A stretch of 64,000 nucleotides of DNA from Azolla caroliniana (taxonomy: Eukaryota; Plantae; Polypodiophyta): the NCBI GenBank assembly GCA_043228905.1, contig JBHGNT010000004.1, forward strand, positions 2,728,001-2,792,000. Reading direction: 5' to 3'. The notes under the pieces are model-generated. The model had not been told where the DNA came from. It worked only from the letters and a program-made list of their open reading frames with translations, and searched no databases. Below, piece by piece: positions 23,133 through 34,974 of the stretch. The position numbers and the translations under genes were made by a program. Every line of letters begins with the position of its first letter. The first letter of the stretch is position 1.

Positions 23133-25430
23133 TCACAACTCATCATGATGACATATATTAACATCAATCGGGGCTCGTGGCTGAAAACCATACATCAACA
23201 TAAAAGGACTATATCCCGTCGATGTATGTTTGGAGTTGTTATAAGCAAACTCCAAATTTGGGAGATAACATTCCCATTTTGTTGGTTTTGTACCAACATA
23301 TGCATGGAGCATGTCCTCAATAATTTGATTTACTCGTTCTATCTGTCCATGGGATTGAGGATGATCCGTGGAGCTCACGCTCAATGTCGTTTCTAACTTC
23401 TTAAAGACTTGCGTCCAGAAGTCACTAGTAAACTTTGGATCTCGATCACTCACGATATCCATCGGTAAACCATAAAAACGAAATAACTTGTCAACGAATT
23501 GCTAAGCCAATTCAGGAGCTATTATCGTGGTTTAAGTAGCAATAAATCTGGCCATTTTAGTTAGTCTATCAACCACAACCCAGATGGCATCATGACCTTT
23601 TTGGGTGCGACTCGCGAGGAAGGCTAACAATAAATTCCATGGATATAATTTCCCACTTATTATTGGGAATGTCCAAGGGATGGAAAAGTCTTGCGGCTTT
23701 AAGTCAGTCTACTTTGTTAACCTAACACTAGTGACATTTAGTCACATAGCTATGTATGTCAGGACGCATCTTAGACCAATAGAATTGAGTGGAGATGAGA
23801 ACGAGTGTACGATGTATTCCAAGGTGACCTACTGAGGGTGCATCATGGCATTAAAAAAGAATTCCCATTTGGGTAGAGTAGACCGTTAGCAATGTGGAAG
23901 GATTCCTTCAAGGATGTGGTGGTGTCTGTTCCAAACTCAACTCTTGCCTAGTATTTCACAAAATAACTGTTATCAGGATACTTTCCTCGAAGGTGATCAT
24001 AAAGATATGATGTTATTTCAATGCAGTTAAGCATGTTAACTTCACATATGCGACTTAGTGCATCAGCGATAGTGTTCATGGAACCTTTACAATATAATAT
24101 GGAAAAATCAAAGTGTTGGATGAGATCTACCGATCGTGCCTTACGACCTCTAAGGTCTTGTTGGTCACAAAATATTTCAATGACTCGTGGTCCATAGTTA
24201 CCACAAAATGATTTGCATAAATATAAAGGCACCATGTTTTGAGCGTATGAATAACTCCAAATAATTCATTTTCTTGCACAGTATACCAACACTGAGCATA
24301 ATCAAGTTTCTTCCTCTCAAATGCTATTGGTTTACCATCTTGATATAGGACGACACCAATAGCATAATCGCTTGCATCAGTTTCAACCTGAAAAGGTTGT
24401 GAAGGGTCTAGTAAAAGAAGCGAAGGAGCCTTGCACACCAAGTCCTTGAGTTCCTTAAAGGCGAGGTCTAGTGTAGCATTCCACACAATAGGTTTTGTAG
24501 ACTTACGCATTTGACCTTTGAGAAGGTCAGTAATTACGAATAGATTTTCGCAAAAACCCGACAAAACCAAGGGATGATCGAACTTCTCCAATATTTCGAA
24601 GAGTGGGCCAAAGTTTGACTTTATTGATGCGAGAAGGATCAATTTCAACTCCTCATTCAGTTATGAGATGTCCAAGATAAGTAATTGATTTCTTGAAGAA
24701 CTCACATTTTGAGATCTTTGCGTAGAAATGCTTGTCACGCAATGTTTGTAAAACAAAGCAGACATGTTTAGCATGTTCTTCTAACATAAAAAGGATTTTG
24801 TTGCTTACAATCGTGATCCATGAATTCGTTGGGTGTCTTGCGTTTCCCAACGAATTGCGATTGCTTAGTCCCGGGCGCTTCGTTGGGTTTGTTATGGTCC
24901 TTCTTCGAAGTGCGTTGATAGCGAAGAACTATTTCAACGGCCACTTCGAAGGATTTTGGATCCTTATCGTGCACTATCCAGTGATAGTCTGAATTGGGGA
25001 TGCCATTGACAAAACAAGTTATCAACCAATTGTCCCCATCTAGACCCGATTTTTGGATTTGGGTTCTAACATGGTGAACATAATCGTCTAGTGAGGAAAA
25101 CTTCTTGTTAGAGAGGTTCATTAAAGCTTGTGCTGCTTCGATTTGAGGTGGAGGTTGAAGAAATTGGCCCTTGAAAACTGTGACAAATTCTATCCAGGTA
25201 TCGGGCAATTTCCCCAAACTGCAGAGCCCACGCCACCAAGAAGCGGCCTTACCCCCTAGTTCTCGGCCGACATATGCAATCTTCATACTATTTGGCATGG
25301 GATAGAGCTTAAAATGAGACTACCGTTGGCCCAGATTGCTTCTTCGGTTCTTTCATTTTTTTCTCCCATAAATAGATTTACGACAAATGATGGTTCACCC
25401 TGACGCTCATCGGGTCTATTAGTATCACCT
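23133..25430 (-). pseudogene. Decayed chromovirus gag-pol related to the 5108-9511 element, with an internal deletion
   Basis: gag GEPSFVV and IAYVGRELGGKAASWWRGL; RNaseH ETDASDYAIG; integrase DIVSDRDPKFTSDFWTQVF. Gag joins directly to late RT near 24790. Many frameshifts. Confidence 0.9.
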
Positions 25431-28400
25431 TTTCGTGAAGATTTCGGGCCACAGTGAGAAATCAGAGAATATCGGAAGAATCGGCAGGGTGGGGCATGTG
25501 CACTCACCCTTGTACGAAGCGTGTAAATGATAGGGGCGCTATCATGACGCCGGACAGTAGCTAATTCGGGACAGAGGATCCCATGTAATAAGGGATTTAT
25601 CCCACATTGTTACGGATCCCTCTCCTTGTTCTATAAAAGGAGGGGAGCTCCCTTTGTGTTAGAGAGTATACCGTTAGATTAGGGTTAGGCGGTTCTATCT
25701 TGGTAGTTTCTTCTTCTTTTTTTCTTCTCCTTCTTCTTCTTCATCGCATGGGTCGAGAGTTCGTGTCTGTTTAGGGTTTGTTTCTACTCGGTCTCCTGTG
25801 CAAGACCCCGCTCGGCCTGACGAGCCCGAGAGCTCCCCCAATATGTGGCTTGGCAGCAGACTGCTGTTGTAACCTAACTTACCTTGGTCCGGCTCGAAGA
25901 CGAGGATGTATTCTTTCCCTTGTAATATACATACTCGTATTTGTTTGTGCGTTTCGGTGTATTTGGTGGTGTCAGAAGCACAACCCTTGCTTCCTGTGCA
26001 TAAGAGTTGGTGTCGCGCGCACGCTCTTCCTCTCCTTTGTCTCTCTCTCTCTCTCGTGTTCGGTTGCACCCAGGTCGTGTCCGGTGCCGGTTGTCTTGGC
26101 ATCCCTCTTCTCCCACGTTTGAGGCGCCTGTGGTCCCGCCCCTTTTACACACACGTGCATAATAACGCGACATATTTGGTGAACCCGACGTGAAGGGCGG
26201 CAAGGGAGAATGGAGCTGGAAGAAGACGACTTCGCACAACTTTTTGTCGAAGCGGTGAGGGAGTTGGGACGAGCAAAAACAAGATGAGAGATGGCGCAGC
26301 AAGCGGTTGAGCGAGTGGTCGAAAGAGTCGACCATTTCAACGGGGACAAAGTCCCATTTTACTTGGAAGCCTACAACGCGGAAATGGAGGAGCGAGACGT
26401 AGCTGAGGCGTTGAGGCTGGAGTTCTTCTGTCGGGTCGTCGTTGTCCGTATGCATGCGGAAGTGGAGGAGCAAGACATAGCCGAGGCGTTGAGGCTGGAG
26501 TTCTTCTGTCGGGTCGTCGTTGTCCGTATGCATGCAGAAGTGGAGAAGCTCCAAGAAGCTCATAGTTCATGGGAGGCCTTCGAAGAGGCGCTCCTACAGG
26601 CATATGGGGGACGGCGGAGGGGCCGTGGACGACGCGCCTTCGACCATTGGGTAGCATCGGCAAAGACCCACCGGGGTGCAACGAAGGCGTTCTGAGAGTT
26701 CAAGCAACGGCTTGCTCGGCTCCCAGAGCAGGAAAAAGGTTTGGTGGGGGCGGACAAAGTCCTGTTGTTCGTTAAGTCGATCGATCGAGTGGAACGAGAG
26801 GCCATCGGGATTGAGCTCGAAGACGAGGATGGAGCGAATGGCCTCACGGAGGATTGGTCGAAGGTCGGAAGAGTATGTCAATGGCTAGATGACGAGCGAG
26901 CCGAGAAGGCTAAGGGGAAGGAGCGCGACGGCATGCCATCATAGCGGGAAGAGGCCGAATGGCAAAGAGAGTTAGCAAGGCTTGGCTTCAGGGCCAAGAT
27001 TGTGGAGGCGTATGCAGCTCTCGAGGCGATGCTCGAGGAAGAGGAAAGATCGAGGCCGCGAGCCCCATGAAGAGTCAGAAGATTGGTACCATGGTACCAC
27101 GGGAGAGGGTTCGAAACAAAACGCCATCTCGGCTTGCGGAGATAGAACGGCCGAGGTACCGATCGCAGAATCGGAACGTTGGGTCCCGCGGTTTCGGGCA
27201 CGTCAGCCCGGAATTCCGGACATTGGAGAAGCAAACCCAGGCGGGGCTTCCGCGATCGGTAAGAAGACGACCACCGACCATGAGGAGCCGGTGGCTATGG
27301 ACAAGGGTGTAAAACGGACGGGCGATTCTTCACGTCTTCCCACTCTTGCTCCCGAGACGATGGCAGTCGGGCCCGAGTGCCCACGTGAGCCCCAAGAGGA
27401 GGAAGGCGGCAGTGTGAGACCAAGAATCGCCGGCGAGACGATACGGGAAAGGAACGAACAAGAGCCCTCAGGACCATATCCGGACAACTCGGCGTTCGGG
27501 CCCTTACGCCCATGTGAGACCAAGGAGATGGATGACAGTATCGAAGAGTCCTGGCACGATGCCAACGAAGATGAATGGGAGATGGCCCGCGAGAAGGTCA
27601 ATGAAGTGACCAAGAAACGACCCGACCGGGGACCGAATCGCGCGGCACTCCGATTCGGTTGGAGCGCGATCTAGTCGTGGATTGTTCGACTAGGGCCAGA
27701 ATCGGGATGAGGGTGCCGATACGGGAGAGGGTGCAGAACGAGCCGCCCCCTTTTACATGGGGAGAAAGACTGATCGGGCAAAGGTCGGGAATCGAAAGGA
27801 AGGTGATCAAGGGTTCAAAACGATTCCGGCAAGGTCGGCATCAGAGCCGAAACTCCGGACATTGGAGAATCAAGCCCAGGCGAGGCTTGGTTGATCACAG
27901 AGCGGATGCTTTCCACCGACACCACTAAAAGGGTCAGTGGCCCCGGACGAGTCGCCGAAAGACGTTACGAAATCGGTTACCCCACATATTGTCCGGAGAC
28001 TTCGGCAGTTCGGCCGACATGGAAATGTGACACCGAAAGAGATGGAAGATGGAGGCGGGAGCATAGCGAGGAGAGTGACAACGAGTTTGGGAGAAGTACG
28101 AGGGAGAAGCGGAGAACGAAGACCGGTCCTACGGAGATCCTCACACCGATCCGGCTGTCGGCCCGAGTGCCGGCATGAGTCCTATAGGAGAGATCGGTGG
28201 CGATAGGAGAACGGGACCCGGCAATCCAGAGAATGGCGGGTGGACCCAGACGAGAACAGGGCGGAACGGACTTCCGGATAACTGATCCGGAAGAGAGGAG
28301 AGAGCAGGCTTATGAAGAGGCCGGGAGCACGGTACGTCGGTACCACGGGGGAGGGTGTGGAGCGAACCACCCTCTCGACTTGCGAACAAAGACAACCCGG

Positions 28401-30393
28401 GATAAGGGTCAGAGACTAAACAGAGGCGCGAGGAGGATCCTTCACACAGTTCTAGAGACTCCGGCGGTTGGCCCAAGAGTCGGCGTGAGACCTAGAGTAG
28501 CGAACGGTGGCGGCGAGGGAACAAAGGCAAAGGGTCTGTAGATGGGCGGTCTACAGAGATCCTCACACCGATCCGGCTGTCAGCCCGAGTGCCGGCAGGA
28601 GTCCTATAGGAGAGATCGATGGCGACAGGTGAACGTGACCAGCACAAGAGGCCGACGCAAAGGTCGGGAAAACGGCAAGCAGTGCTACCACGACCTTACA
28701 CACACCAGTTTTCGAGACTCCGGCAGCCGGCAACGAGAGCCAGCGTGAGACCTAGAGAGAAGAATGGTGGCGGCGGCAAGGCGGGCAACCGAGACAGCAA
28801 AAGGGGAGGTCTCGCGGAGATCCTCGCACCGATCCGGCGGTCGGCCCAAGAGCCGTGAGTCTTATAGGAAAGATCGGTGGCGGCAGGCGAACGTGATCGG
28901 ATGACGAAAAACAGAGCGAAAGGAGGTATGAGGCCGGCGAGGTGGCCACAAACCAGATACGGGCCCGACTGGCAGGGTCAGCAAGACAAAGATCGGACGC
29001 GCTTGGTACACAACTCGGTGATCCAACAAAATGGAGGCCCAAGAAGGATCCGTTGTGTTCGGCACAGATGGTGCCGAGCAAGGCGGAAGACGGCATGCGG
29101 TGGTGTCGGGAACGAGAACACGGGTGCGCGTAAATAGACTACGCAGAATGGAGACTGGAAACAAGGTAGATGGCTGGAGAGGGATCCTCCACACCAGATC
29201 CTGGAGACCTTGGCAGTTCGAGCCGACGCGGCAACGTAAGACCAAGGAGAAGGAAGGTGGCGGCGAGGGGACGACGGCAAGCGGAAGGCTCCAAAACGGT
29301 GGCAGCAACGCAAGACGAAAGTGGCCAAGCTGGCTACTACGAGGTGTTCCTCAGGCGAAGGGCGCCACGAATCTAAAGGAACGAGAAGTGTGCATGAGGT
29401 CGAAAAGAGGGCCAACAATAGGGCACGCGTGCTACGGGATCACGGCGGACGATCTATTGACAGGTCGAACGAGCCTACGGAGAGGCAAAGGATGAACTGG
29501 AGCAGACAATTCAAACCGGCCGCGGTCGACGCGGCAAACCGGGATGCAGGCCACGGAGGACCGGTTTCTCATCAGCCCGAATCGTTCGCCTTTCTCCAAA
29601 TTTGGCACGTACCAATGGGCGTGCGGTTTGGTGGGGGTGGATGTCGTGAAGATTTCGGGCCACAGTGAGAAATCGGAGAATATCGGAAGAATCGGCGGGG
29701 TGGGGCATGTGCACTCACCCTTGTACGAAGCGTGTAAATGATAGGGGCGCCATCATGATGCCGGACAGTAGCTAATTCGGGACAGAGGATCCCATATAAT
29801 AAGGGATTTATATCACATTGTTACGCTTCCCTCTCCTTGTTCTATAAAAGGAGGGGAGCGCCCTTTGTGAAGGGATTGCCCATTTTGTGTTAGAGGGTAT
29901 ACCGTTAGGTTAGGGTTAGGAAGTTCTATCTTGGTAGTTTTTTTTTTCTTCTTCTCCTTCTTCTTTGTCGCATGGGTCGAGACTTCGTGTCTATTTAGGG
30001 TTTGTTTCTACTCGATCTCCTGTGCAAGCCCTGCTCGGCGCGACGAGCCTGAGAGCTCCCCCGATCTGTGGCTTGGCAGCAGACTACTATTGTAACCTAA
30101 CCTACCTTGTTCTGGCTCGAAGCTGGGGATGTATTCTTTCCCTTGTAATATACATACTCGTATCTGTTTGTGCATTTCGGTGTATTTGGTGGTATCGGAA
30201 GCACAACCCTTGCTTCCTGTGCATAAGAGTTGGTGTCGAGCGCACGCTCTTCCTCTCCTTTGTCTCTCTCTCTCTCGTGTTCGGTTGCACCCGGGTCGTG
30301 TTCGGTGTCGGTTGTCTTGGCATCCCTCTTCTCCCACGTCCAAGGCCCCCGTGGTCCCGTCCCTTTTACAGGCACGCGCGTAATAACGCGACA
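25431..30393 (+). mobile_element. Non-autonomous LTR element (degenerate gag only), tRNA-Trp primed
   Basis: LTRs at 25431-26172 and 29642-30393, visibly diverged. PBS TGGTGAACCCGACGTGAA at 26177-26194; PPT GGTGGGGGTGGA before 29642. Gag-like ORF from 26291; no pol motifs. Possible imperfect TSD ACCTT/ACGTT. Confidence 0.9.
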
Positions 30394-30423
30394 ACGTTGT
30401 AAACTAATGACACGTTCTCACGT

Positions 30424-31975
30424 TGTTATGCATGCGCACAGGAAACAAAGGCGGGACCGTGGGGGCCCTGAACCGAGGAGTGCGCGAAAGTAGAGAAGGA
30501 AGAGAACGGAAGCGATGGATCAGCAAGTACTGGTTGCCGGCAAGCACCGTGCTCACCGGTTCAGAGGAGAACACAACTACGCGCGAGTTAGACAGAGGAG
30601 CGCACATGTCCGGTTACGAAGACAACAACAGATCAGAGAATGTCACAATAAAACAAGGAGACCACTTCCCAAGACGAATCGATTACGATTAACAAGTGAT
30701 TACAATCTTTCTGATATTACAACCGGCACGCCGGTTACCAACCAAACACACACACACACACAGCCGAGTTATGCAGTGGAACCTCTGCTGGAAGCACCCG
30801 GGCTTTCCTCATGAGCAGAGGCAACCGACCAAAAACCTGTAGAGATCACACAGAAACAATGGTCGGTCCCCAGTCCGACAACACCTTCCCCTTTCTCCCA
30901 AAACGTGATCCCTCTCAGTCTCTCTCCCCCCCTTTTTATAGGTCGTTGGGGTTGGGCCGTTACACCCTAGTTACATCACCTTTATTCTATGTCCCTTCAG
31001 GCAGAGATATGAGTAGATTTTCTAACCCCTATCACGCGACCTATTCTTAAATAAGGTATAAAGTTAATCAATTTAAATGTCGATCCGTGTGGCACCGATT
31101 CACGCGCCTCGCCTCCTGAGTCCTCCCATGGCTAGTTTTCGTCACGATATCCACCCCCACCAAACCGCGCATCCACCGGTATGCGCTGAAGAGAGACAAA
31201 TACCAATAGAAAACCAGCCCGTGGTCAACTGTCGCTCTCCGAATCGTCGTTGGCCCGGTCATCACCGTCACCCGCGCTCCCCGAGTCCGGCTCGTCCTTG
31301 TGCCGCTTGTTGAATGCCTTGATCCTCTTCCCGGCCAACGATAGTGCTATCCGCGTTCCGTCGAGCTCTGCGAGATGGTATGTGTCGTTGTTGTTCGCAC
31401 TCGTTATGGCGTAGGGCCCGAACCACCTCCTTGCGACCTTACGCGTTGCCTTGTGCTGATTGTCGAGACTACCGTCGTAAACCAGCATCCAGTTGCCTTC
31501 CTCAATCTTCTTCGGTCGTAGTTGGTGCGTCCGGTCGAACCTGCCTTTATTCTTCACTCTTGGCGTGTGTAGCTTTGCCTTCGCTCGGACCACGTCCTCT
31601 GGTGTTCGCTTGAGCTAGTGAATCCGCGCTGCCAGCAGCTCTTCCCAGCTCATCTCGTCTCTCCAGTCCATTGTTGCCCACGAGGAAATCGTCTGCTCCA
31701 TCGGCATGATCGACTTTTGCCCGTACATTAGCTCTGTCGGCATGAACCCGGTTATCGAACTGTGCATAGTTCGGTCAGCCCATAACACATAGGGTAGGAG
31801 CCACGGCCAATTACCGACATGTCCTTCGCACGCTCGTACTAATGCCTTCACGATCGGCCCGTGTCTGCGTTCCACCTTTCCATTCGCCTCCGGATTATAC
31901 GCCATTGTGAGAGAGAGCTTAACCCCTAATCGGCCGAACAGTTCCTCAACTTCCTGCGCGTCTAGCTCTCCCCAA
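30424..31975 (-). mobile_element. 3' end of a related LTR element: integrase C-terminus, PPT and 3' LTR
   Basis: AYNPEANGKVER and RWFGPY motifs. PPT at 31150-31166 matches the PPT of 25431-30393. LTR ~30424-31149 (left edge approximate). Confidence 0.8.
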
Positions 31976-32359
31976 CTAAAGCTATTAATTTTTGCAGCTT
32001 CGTCGACACCGCGTTTAAGCATTTCTTCATTATAAATCTTCAGAAATCTTGTTAAATTTATACCTTCAAAGATTCCTACTCGTGCGAGAATATTGTCGAC
32101 GGCTTTGTCGATGCTTGCCATCATCCCTTGTTCCCGCATCACTCGTTCCATCATCGTACACATAACCCTTATTTGCTGCTCCATTTCTCCTCGTTGCTGC
32201 CTTCACGTCGGGTTCACCAAATGTGTCGGGGTAGTTGTGGTTCGTGCGGCGAAGTCGCGGGGACTAAGGTTAAGGGGAGTTGAAGAAACTTAACTTTTAA
32301 TAAGGCTTGTATGGTGATGATAGAATGGTTAAGGATAGTAAGACGAAGAGTTACGAATA

Positions 32360-32439
<80 letters not shown>

Positions 32440-33174
32440 CGAGCATAGATAAAAGATAGAGACAATGTATGACTCAAGAAAGAAGATTGAGACAAAGTAT
32501 GATTCTAGAAACAAGAGTATATGATATAAACATAATGCATATTAAAAATATAATATTTTACCAACTTTACAATCCTTGATCATAAGATGAATCTTTTCAA
32601 TACCGACCCTTGATTTGAACCCACAACCTCAACTTTGAAACGAGAGGTTTTCCACCCAATGAGCTAGTCTTCTTTACTTAATTGTATTATTTTCTCACCC
32701 TCTCTTGCCTCCCTCTTGTTTTCCTTGCCCCTCTTTATATAAGTGTTGCCATGCATATGGTAATGTATGGGAGCATGGCATGCATGCAATGCATGAGTTA
32801 CATGTAATGCACGATCGCCATTTGGCGCACATGCATTGCATGTGATGAATGATGGCTATGTATGAAAATAGATATGGGATAAGTATAATGATGAAAACGC
32901 ATTCTAAAATAACTAACCTAGCTTAGTGGTGTATGCTTGGTGCTTGGTATACAAGGTTGAGGGTTCAAGTCTCTCAATTTTACTTAATACAATATATAGC
33001 TTCATTCTTATATCATGAAGCACATTCTTGACAACAATTTTAAAAACAAATAGCCTACCCTAGTGGTATATACATTTTGCTTGGTTTATAAGGTTGTGGG
33101 TTCAAGTGTTTGAAATATTACTGAATTCAATATTTAAATTTATTTTTATATCGTGAAGCAAATCCTTCACGACA
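31976..33174 (-). mobile_element. 5' end of another tRNA-Trp LTR element (LTR 32224-33174, PBS 32202-32219, gag start)
   Basis: The LTR begins TGTCGTGAAG on the minus strand and ends ...GACA. 18-nt tRNA-Trp PBS. The gag N-terminus is fused by deletion to the integrase fragment. Confidence 0.82.
32361..32438. repeat. (TG)n(AG)n compound microsatellite inside an LTR
   Basis: Direct reading. Confidence 0.95.
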
Positions 33175-34974
33175 CCGGGTCTCATCACCCCCGACCCGAA
33201 TTCCCGCCGACACTGAGTAGTTAACGGCTTCTACATGCCGTGCCGCGGCCTCTTCCATCAACTTCTTCATTCCACCGCGCCCCGTATTCAGTTCTAGGGC
33301 TCTCTGGGTCTCGCTCGTGTGCACCCGCCCGTTCTAGAGGTACACCACGTTGGTCCTGAGTGCATCGGCGAAATCCGCGCAATCCTTCCGAATGTGACCG
33401 ATCACGTCACACCACATGCACCGCTGCCCAGTTGGCGGCCTCCGGTCGCGAGGTTGTTCGTTGTTGTCTCTCCGGGCCTGTGCGATCTGCAGGTCGCGCA
33501 CCATCTGTGTCAGCTCCTCCAGACTCGCTCCTCCGGATGGGCCTTTGACCACGTCGTTCGATGCCGACCCCGACTCCAGCCAAATTTGGGTCTCTTCCTT
33601 CCTACCGGCCGACACCGATACCGGCTCCTCGAGCCTCCTCACCGGGACCGGTCCTGACTCTGACGAGCTTTCGTCGCTCCACTCGCGCCGTTTGTCGAAC
33701 GGCTGCAGACCCGTTTTACCACGGTCGAGTCTGCCATGAGCCCTTCGTCCATCTCCAATAGGGGACCCACCTTTTCCCTATCGAGCGCATCCACCGACTT
33801 GACAAACAGTAGTACTCAACTCGTTTCGAGCACGATCTAGTCCACCGTCGATAGCCGCGCGAATCGTTTTTCGAACTCCTGGAGGAGCGCCGATGTGTTC
33901 CTCCCTTTTCTGGGGCTTTCCACCCACACCATGAAGTCCCGCCTCAATAGCCGAAGCGAGTCATCAAACCCGTACTTCTCGAGGAGCTGCAGCTCGAACT
34001 CCTCCCAAGTCTGGCATCCGGCCAGCACCTCGAGCACCTCCACGTGGATGCTCAGTGTCACCACCCAAGGGAATCCGAACAGCCGCCTGTCCACCGGGAT
34101 ATCCCTCATGATCATTTCGGCCCGGTAAGCCTCCAAATAACTTGTGGGATTCTTCCCACCGAATCGGCCTATGCTGCCGACGATCGATTCAATGGCTCTG
34201 TCGAGAGTACCCGTCCCCTCACGAGCGCTCACCAGCCAGTCGACGGCTACCGCCATTGCCTCTCCTAGCTCTGATCCCCTCATGTTCCGACTCCTTTGCC
34301 GCCTGTTCACGTCGGGTTCACCAATTATGTCGTGAAGTTTCGCGCGTGCGTGTAGGAAGAGGTGGGACCACAAGGGTCTTGGACCAAGGAGAGAGTGAGA
34401 GAGAGAGAGAGTAGCAGACACACAGAAAGAAAATAAGAGCAAGAAACAGGAATCTGATTACTATAATCAGTAGCTTACAACTCGAATAGTTACAACCGGC
34501 AAACCGGTAATGGACCTGACACAGGGTCCTACTCACGCACACAGACGACAACCACTCGACTCGAAGAAACAAAAAGGGGGGAGAGCCTCTGCTAGAAGCA
34601 CACGGGTTGTCCATGGAGCAGAGGCAGCGAACTCCCGACACCCACAGAGAACGACGATCGGAGGAGAGAGAGCTCGGCACTCGGTTCCGAAGCAGCACTT
34701 CGTCCTCGCCAACGCGTCGTGCCTTTTCTTCCTTCTCTCCTTAAATAGTTTGCCGAGGGGAGACCCTTCTCCCCTAGTCAAATCGCTTTATTCCCTATCC
34801 CTTTCGACAGAGATACGCACCAATCCCCTAATAAATGTGTACTACCTAGTATTTACATCAACCGACCTAACTATGAATTATGTACAAAATATCAATTCTC
34901 GCGTCCACCAATGTAAGAGCCGGTTCATGCGCCTTTTTCTCCGATTCCGCCTATGGCCGGTTTTCTTCACGACA
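33175..34974 (-). mobile_element. 5' part of a further tRNA-Trp LTR element (LTR 34328-34974, PBS 34306-34323, degenerate gag)
   Basis: LTR termini TGTCGTGAAG...CTTCACGACA; gag knuckle CMWCDVIGHIRKDC; stop codons in gag. Confidence 0.87.

Noticed and set aside
26900-29700. Many overlapping 60-230 aa ORFs
   Set aside because: GC-rich repetitive TE interior with no recognisable domains.
32603-33108. Functional tRNA genes
   Set aside because: Only A/B boxes are recognisable, without convincing acceptor and anticodon stems; reported as tRNA-like modules instead.
30424-34974. LTRs at 30424-31149 and 34328-34974 as a pair from one insertion
   Set aside because: Only patchy similarity and no convincing TSD; better explained as different subfamilies joined by deletion.
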